From positions 1 through 27,546 of IMG/VR virus record IMGVR_UViG_3300037458_000257: a stretch of DNA of 27,546 nt. One strand, given 5' to 3'. This DNA comes from a virus (Duplodnaviria > Caudoviricetes). Position 1 is the first letter of the stretch. Each line of letters opens with the position of its first letter. The notes beneath the pieces are model-generated. The model saw nothing but the letters and a program-made list of their open reading frames with translations. It had not been told where the DNA came from and did no database searches. Below are positions 1-4,210 of the stretch, one piece after another. Position numbers and translations under genes: made by a program.

Positions 1-74
1 GGTGGACCGCCAGGGACTCGAACCCTGTTCTTCTCGGTGCAAGCGAGAAATAATACCCCGTATACTAACAGCCC
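1..74 (-). tRNA. trnA: tRNA-Ala(TGC), last A of CCA just outside the window
   Basis: Reverse complement folds as a cloverleaf; anticodon arm UCUCG-CUUGCAC-CGAGA; T-loop UUCGAGU; G3:U70 Ala identity pair. Confidence 0.92.
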
Positions 75-79
75 GTAAT

Positions 80-154
80 TGGCGCCGGTGAAGGGAATCG
101 AACCCTCCTAAGTCTCGCAGACAACGAGTCACCCTCCCAGAGAGCTACACCGGC
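80..154 (-). tRNA. trnD: tRNA-Asp(GTC)
   Basis: Acceptor GCCGGUG/CACCGGC, G73, encoded CCA, loop UUGUCUG, T-loop UUCGAUU. Confidence 0.88.
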
Positions 155-159
155 ATAGT

Positions 160-230
160 TGGTGCTCCATCACAGGATCGAACTGTGTTCAGCAGCTTTG
201 TAGGAGCCGCGCCTGTCCAACAGCTGGAGC
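160..230 (-). tRNA. Atypical short (71 nt) tRNA, nominal anticodon TAC (Val)
   Basis: Encoded CCA, T-arm CACAG-UUCGAUC-CUGUG, 6-bp anticodon stem with loop CCUACAA (no U33), 3-nt D-loop. Confidence 0.6.
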
Positions 231-236
231 GTAAAG

Positions 237-310
237 TGGTAGCGGGTTCCGGAAATGCTCCGGACTCTCTAGCTTATGAGGCTAGTATGACTCTTGTTCA
301 CTTACCCGCA
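237..310 (-). tRNA. trnM: tRNA-Met(CAT), initiator-like 1:72 mismatch
   Basis: Anticodon arm CUAGC-CUCAUAA-GCUAG; acceptor UGCGGGU/ACCCGCU with U1.U72 mismatch; non-canonical T-loop AGCAUUU; CCA. Confidence 0.8.
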
Positions 311-313
311 AAC

Positions 314-388
314 TGGTGCCGCCTGTAGGAATCGAACCTACTTCCCAGACTTACAAGGCCCGTGCATCGCCACGTATGCTTAGGCGGC
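314..388 (-). tRNA. trnT: tRNA-Thr(TGT)
   Basis: Acceptor GCCGCCU/AGGCGGC, loop CUUGUAA, T-loop UUCGAUU, CCA. Confidence 0.9.
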
Positions 389-487
389 ATAAAATTGGGC
401 TGGTTAAGGTGACCAGCGACCGCTGTCAGGGCCGTGACGCCTGTTCTTCGTGCGAAGCAGCACTAGTCGTGAACGACACGACACGTT

Positions 488-564
488 TGGTGCCCTCGGT
501 CAGATTCGAACTGACACTGTACGGCTTCTAAAACCGTCACCTCTGCCAATTGGGCTACGAGGGC
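488..564 (-). tRNA. trnL: tRNA-Leu(TAG), short variable loop (77 nt)
   Basis: Acceptor GCCCUCG/CGAGGGC, anticodon arm ACGGU-UUUAGAA-GCCGU, A73, CCA. Confidence 0.88.
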
Positions 565-571
565 GTGGAAT

Positions 572-662
572 TGGTGGTTGACGGACAGAATCGAACTTCC
601 TGCCCAGAGGGAGGTGGGTTACAGCCACCTGACAGCACCAGCTATCCTTACTTGCGTCAACC
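572..662 (-). tRNA. trnY: Atypical tRNA-Tyr(GTA), 91 nt
   Basis: Anticodon arm GGUGG-CUGUAAC-CCACC, variable arm, CCA; acceptor pairs over 8 bp; 6-bp D-stem with UGGU loop. Confidence 0.75.
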
Positions 663-688
663 AGGGTGTGGTGTTTTAAGATGCCACA

Positions 689-776
689 TATTGCCAGTGG
701 GATTCGAACCCACATTGCCCGGGCTTACAATACCTGATCAGGTGTCCCGAGTGCCTTACCGTTAGGCGATAACATA
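689..776 (-). ncRNA. tRNA-like RNA with a 22-nt anticodon loop, no encoded CCA
   Basis: Canonical D-arm GCCU-AACGGUA-AGGC and T-arm GUGGG-UUCGAAU-CCCAC; stem CUCGGG/CCCGGG encloses 22 nt including palindrome ACCTGATCAGGT. Confidence 0.7.
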
Positions 777-869
777 CTCCATCTAGCTTGCTCATTTATG
801 CAGGTTCATAGCCATTCCTGCCACTGATAGTTTCGCACTGATAACAGTGATTGCAGTCCACGTGACTAG

Positions 870-955
870 TGGTGCGTGAAGTAGGATTCGAACCTACTAA
901 GCCGGAGGCGTCAGATTTACAGTCTGGTGCGACTCGCCGTCGTCGCCGTTCACGC
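870..955 (-). tRNA. trnY: tRNA-Tyr(GTA)
   Basis: Acceptor GCGUGAA/UUCACGC, loop CUGUAAA, variable arm, T-loop UUCGAAU, CCA. Confidence 0.9.
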
Positions 956-964
956 ATTAAAATT

Positions 965-1039
965 TGGCGGGCCGCCAAGGATTCGAACCCTGACCTAAGA
1001 GATTTGGAGGCTCTGATGCTACCGTTACACCAACGACCC
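965..1039 (-). tRNA. trnW: tRNA-Trp(CCA)
   Basis: Loop CUCCAAA, G73, T-loop UUCGAAU, CCA. Confidence 0.9.
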
Positions 1040-1051
1040 GTATTATTCAAA

Positions 1052-1206
1052 AGCCTTTTCAGGGACGGTATGAGGTTTTCACTCACAATGTTGAGAGTCA
1101 CTCAACTACTGGATCCCGAATAAATCAGTTACTAGGAGACTAACCCGTTCACCAACTTACCGATGAGTTGGATTCGTTCACCAACGCCTACGCCCCTGAA
1201 AAGGCT
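1052..1206 (-). ncRNA. Structured ~155-nt RNA closed by a perfect 13-bp stem
   Basis: 1052-1064 is the exact complement of 1194-1206; several internal hairpins; 11-nt direct repeat. Confidence 0.55.
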
Positions 1207-1331
1207 CTCTACAAACATACTCCAACCATGTCCTCTACGAGCGGATTCTCCAGCGCGTCTGGCCGCGTCTCGTAGATAGGCGTGAGTTTATGACGCCTCG
1301 TTTTACTTCTGGCATTGCTGCCCTTCATGAT

Positions 1332-1467
1332 TGCTGCCCTTGGAAGGTATCGAACCTCCATCACCGCACCCGATGTTACACCAGGTGTTGCATCACAGGC
1401 AAGTCTGTGATGGCCAGCTATCTTGCATTCGCCAGCACGGCATTTTGGCCTGTTAAACTACAGGGGC
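1332..1467 (-). ncRNA. tRNA-like RNA with a 65-nt structured insert replacing the anticodon loop
   Basis: Acceptor GCCCCUG/CAAGGGC, U8A9, D-arm, stem CCGUGC/GUGCGG, T-arm GGAGG-UUCGAUA-CCUUC; ends AGCA. Confidence 0.72.
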
Positions 1468-1483
1468 ATCGTTCTTGCTAAAT

Positions 1484-1562
1484 TGGCTCCAGTGAGAGGG
1501 ATCGAACCTCCCAGAATCGACGTTAACAGCGTCGCGGTCACCGCCTTTGGTCCGGCACTGGA
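1484..1562 (-). tRNA. trnN: tRNA-Asn(GTT)
   Basis: Acceptor UCCAGUG/CACUGGA, G73, arm CGACG-CUGUUAA-CGUCG, CCA; D-arm irregular. Confidence 0.88.
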
Positions 1563-1684
1563 ATAGAAGCGTCCGGCGTACCGAGATTACCGGGACAGTA
1601 TTTGCTACCACCTTCGCGTTTTCGATACGCGGGGTTCTGTCGGAGGTCTTCGTTTTCGAACGCGCATTACCGCGCTCCATAAAT

Positions 1685-1760
1685 TGGTGCTTTCGGAGGG
1701 ATTCGAACCCATCGCCTTACCGGTTAAGAGCCGGATACGCTACCGTTACGCCACGAAAGC
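1685..1760 (-). tRNA. trnK: tRNA-Lys(CTT)
   Basis: Acceptor GCUUUCG/CGAAAGC, loop CUCUUAA, T-loop UUCGAAU, CCA. Confidence 0.92.
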
Positions 1761-1770
1761 ATGTTACATA

Positions 1771-2107
1771 GTCGCCCCACCAACCTCGCGCTATATACGG
1801 ACAGTCTTTTCAACCGTCCTTACCTCTAGGAATTTGGCCGACCCATATACGGCGCAGCAAACATCTAGTGTCGCTGCGATCCGTATATGTATCGGGTTGC
1901 TTGCCGTTACTTTGTTCCCGACGGCAAACTGCGGAAATGAGTATTAAGTTTTCAGAGGATCCAACGGACGCCGTTGCGTTACCCTCGTACCTGGCGCGCA
2001 AGATTACCACCTCTTGCGCGAGTTGCATATAGTGTGCCGGGGGACGTACCCATGCGGTTGACACTATATCCCTACTCTCCAACTCGCCCACTGGTTGTGT
2101 GGGCAAC
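1771..2107 (-). ncRNA. Large (~337 nt) multi-helix RNA of unknown class
   Basis: Ends pair (2093-2107 with 1771-1785); at least 7 internal helices, with G-U pairs favouring the minus strand; lies between the attenuator and tRNA-Lys. Confidence 0.62.
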
Positions 2108-2135
2108 AAAAAAGCCGCTTCTTTCGGAGCGGCTT
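2108..2135 (-). terminator. Intrinsic terminator (attenuator) upstream of the RNA array
   Basis: Minus strand AAGCCGCUCC-GAAA-GAAGCGGC-UUUUUU. Confidence 0.88.
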
Positions 2136-2189
2136 CCTTGTGTAAAAATTCTTTCGCTTATGCGTTAGAAGTCCTTATACAAGGAAGCC
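2131..2189 (-). promoter_or_regulatory. Antiterminator helix overlapping the terminator 5' arm
   Basis: GGCUUCCUUGUAUAA (2189-2175) pairs at 14 of 15 positions with UUACACAAGGAAGCC (2145-2131). Confidence 0.82.
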
Positions 2190-2323
2190 TCGGTCTGACC
2201 ACAATCATATCCAAACTTGCGTTCAGACGCTGTGGGCAGAGTATTGGCCATAATGGCTTGGCTATGCCACAGAGCGACTGTGGTTGGGCGCGAACTTTTC
2301 AATGTTGATGTTGCGTTTCTCAT
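2165..2323 (-). CDS. 52-aa attenuator leader peptide MRNATSTLKSSRPTTVALWHSQAIMANTLPTASERKFGYDCGQTEASLYKDF
   Basis: ATG with TAAGG SD-like motif 7 nt upstream and an in-frame stop just before it; ends TAA about 30 nt before the terminator; not in the supplied ORF track. Confidence 0.75.
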   Translation of the reverse strand: MRNATSTLKSSRPTTVALWHSQAIMANTLPTASERKFGYDCGQTEASLYKDF

Positions 2324-2367
2324 AGCTGAACCTTATGTTCCTCGTCTAAGTCCTTACTGTAAGAGTG

Positions 2368-2396
2368 ACTATACGCTTTATTTATCGCGTGGTCAA
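2368..2396 (-). promoter_or_regulatory. sigma70 promoter (proximal) with embedded late motif GATAAATA
   Basis: TTGACC-N17-TATAGT, A-tract upstream; GATAAATA at 2386-2379. Confidence 0.75.
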
Positions 2397-2446
2397 CCTC
2401 TTTTTTTCAGTTCCTAAACTTATTTATCTCCTCACGTTGAAATAGC

Positions 2447-2475
2447 AGTATAATGTGATTCTTCTGCTACGTCAA
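2447..2475 (-). promoter_or_regulatory. sigma70 promoter (distal)
   Basis: TTGACG-N17-TATACT, A-tract upstream; another GATAAATA at 2428-2421. Confidence 0.75.
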
Positions 2476-2507
2476 CCTTTTTCTGTCGTTGTAACCCTTT
2501 GATTTTC

Positions 2508-3332
2508 TTAGGTTTTTTCTACAGGCTCTGTAACTTCTTGATTTGTAAAGAGTTCTTTTTCTATCTTCGGATGGGACACGATTGTGACGTGCTCCATACG
2601 CTTGCTAATGAGATGCTTCTTTACTGTACCACGAAGTTTGATGGTCTGCCCAGGCTTGACGCCGAGGTGTTTGCCTGTATACCAGATCACGTCGCCGTTT
2701 GCGTCCTCGAACACATGGAACCAACGCTCGGCTGCGATGTTGTACGCTACGACGTAAGATTCCAGTTCCTTGACTACCTTGACAACCACTGAGCCGAAGT
2801 CGTGCTTCTTCTCGCCCTCGGTTCCGATATACTTGCCGGAGGCTTTACCTAGGCTCTTTAGGAACTCCTTCTTGGCTTGCTCCTTAGATGGCTCTAAGTG
2901 GGAAGTATCTACACCCTCTGGGCGGACCCACTCGCGCTTTGCTTTCTTAGGGTCGGGACCAGCGCCGATCTTGAGATTGCCGTGAGCACCGATCTTCCAT
3001 AGGGCAACGACCCCATACTGATCCATCTCAAAGGCGTAGAAGAACGGAATCATCGAACGAGCACCGTAGTCTGCCCAGCGATAGTAGCCCGAGAGCATCA
3101 CGACCTTGTTCGATGGGTCGAGCATCTCGACACCGTAGTTGCTCTTCATAAAAGCAGCTTCTCGAGCAGGCTCGTTTTTGATTAGGGTTGCTTCGAGGAA
3201 CTTTTTCTGTTTCTCGGACTTATACACACCGTTGGTATGATTCACAAGCGCCTTCAGAGACATATAGGTCTCTTGGTGTCCTGGATTCCATTCAATATCT
3301 TCGTCGATACGGGCTACTTCGTTCAGTCTCAT
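2508..3332 (-). CDS. Hypothetical protein; possible C-terminal OB-fold; MRLNE N-terminus suggests head-packaged protein
   Basis: 274-aa ORF with late motif directly upstream; beta-rich C-terminus GQTIKLRGTVKKH...VTIVSHPKI. Confidence 0.6.
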   Translation of the reverse strand: MRLNEVARIDEDIEWNPGHQETYMSLKALVNHTNGVYKSEKQKKFLEATLIKNEPAREAAFMKSNYGVEMLDPSNKVVMLSGYYRWADYGARSMIPFFYAFEMDQYGVVALWKIGAHGNLKIGAGPDPKKAKREWVRPEGVDTSHLEPSKEQAKKEFLKSLGKASGKYIGTEGEKKHDFGSVVVKVVKELESYVVAYNIAAERWFHVFEDANGDVIWYTGKHLGVKPGQTIKLRGTVKKHLISKRMEHVTIVSHPKIEKELFTNQEVTEPVEKT

Positions 3333-3337
3333 ACCGT

Positions 3338-3345
3338 TATTTATC
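3338..3345 (-). promoter_or_regulatory. T4-type late promoter motif GATAAATA
   Basis: Resembles T4 TATAAATA; recurs upstream of structural genes in this window. Confidence 0.6.
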
Positions 3346-3357
3346 AGTCTCGAGTTG

Positions 3358-3918
3358 TTACGTTCTGTCAGCTTCCATGTTTACTGTTGCCGTCGCTAGA
3401 ACTGTATTGGGAGAAGCTGCCATTCTGATTTCTAAGGTAAACGACGTAGTTCGTAGAGTTCCGATTGCGCCAGCAACTAGACCCCATGTTCTTGACGTAG
3501 ATAGGACAAGCCAAGTATTATATGTTCCGGTGGCGTTACCTGTATTTCCTGTAAGATTGGAAGCTCTTGCCTCATAATCGGCATTTGTGCCTCCTCCTGT
3601 AAGCCACGTGCCGCTGCCAGCGCCGGTTCCTGTCCAGGTTCCTGCATTAGAAAGTGTCAACGTAGGACCACCCGAAAGAAAAGAAATACAATCAATTGGG
3701 TTCGGTAGGGTTGCACCCAACGATACTAACTTGGTGGCACCAGTAAAGTTGCCTATACTTATTGTGCCTGATGTTGGTACAGATACATTCGAATTATTCT
3801 TCTGTCCCGTAGGAACATAAGTTCCGCCTGCATAATATTCGCTGAGAGAGATCGGGTTACTTCCTCCGAACTCTGTTTGTACGTGGCTAAGACCTATGTT
3901 CGTGGTAGGTATAGTCAT
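3358..3918 (-). CDS. Tail-fibre tip / gp38-like adhesin
   Basis: N-terminal VQTEFGGSNPISLSEYY...PTSGTISIGNF motif typical of small proteins following chaperone-bearing fibres; Gly/Thr/Trp-rich. Confidence 0.65.
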   Translation of the reverse strand: MTIPTTNIGLSHVQTEFGGSNPISLSEYYAGGTYVPTGQKNNSNVSVPTSGTISIGNFTGATKLVSLGATLPNPIDCISFLSGGPTLTLSNAGTWTGTGAGSGTWLTGGGTNADYEARASNLTGNTGNATGTYNTWLVLSTSRTWGLVAGAIGTLRTTSFTLEIRMAASPNTVLATATVNMEADRT

Positions 3919-3919
3919 C

Positions 3920-4210
3920 TTATCCCTCTGTTACATCAATAGGCGGAATAGAAATATTGTCTATCTCTTGCTGCTTCTCAAATTCCAGTGTAGAGCTCTT
4001 CCATTGTTTCATAACCTCGCCTGTAGCTTTTTGAAGAGCCACAGGAATGGTAGCGGGCGTAACGGTAACTGGATCTGGTGCAGCACCTTGTATTGTACCG
4101 TGCTTATTCCTTAGATATGTAATAAGCCGATCAAGGTCTGCATCCGAAACGTTGTACGGATAGGACAGTGTTCCTTGTGCGTTCGTAAAAGTGAAAGTAA
4201 TATTACCCAT
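3920..4210 (-). CDS. Small tail-fibre-associated protein (start revised to MGNITF)
   Basis: GAGGA SD before ATG at 4210; overlaps the end of the upstream fibre gene. Confidence 0.6.
   Translation of the reverse strand: MGNITFTFTNAQGTLSYPYNVSDADLDRLITYLRNKHGTIQGAAPDPVTVTPATIPVALQKATGEVMKQWKSSTLEFEKQQEIDNISIPPIDVTEG

Noticed and set aside
160-230. Amber suppressor or pyrrolysine tRNA (CUA within loop CCUACAA)
   Set aside because: CUA is off-centre with no preceding U33; genes read intact in the standard code, so there is no sign of recoding
396-487. Theta/HDV-like or hammerhead ribozyme
   Set aside because: Could not build the nested double pseudoknot or find a CUGANGA/GAAA core by eye
488-564. 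Suppressor tRNA suggested by 'cta' on the + strand
   Set aside because: The gene is on the minus strand; the anticodon is UAG (Leu)
1771-2107. tmRNA, RNase P RNA or group I intron
   Set aside because: No tRNA-like ends or tag ORF seen, no RNase P conserved motifs seen, and no interrupted host gene
316-2417. Numerous 60-101 aa ORFs in the supplied track, including 1810-2109 (-)
   Set aside because: They overlap tRNAs or structured RNAs, are mostly antisense, and lack RBS; 1810-2109 starts at a TTG inside the terminator U-tract
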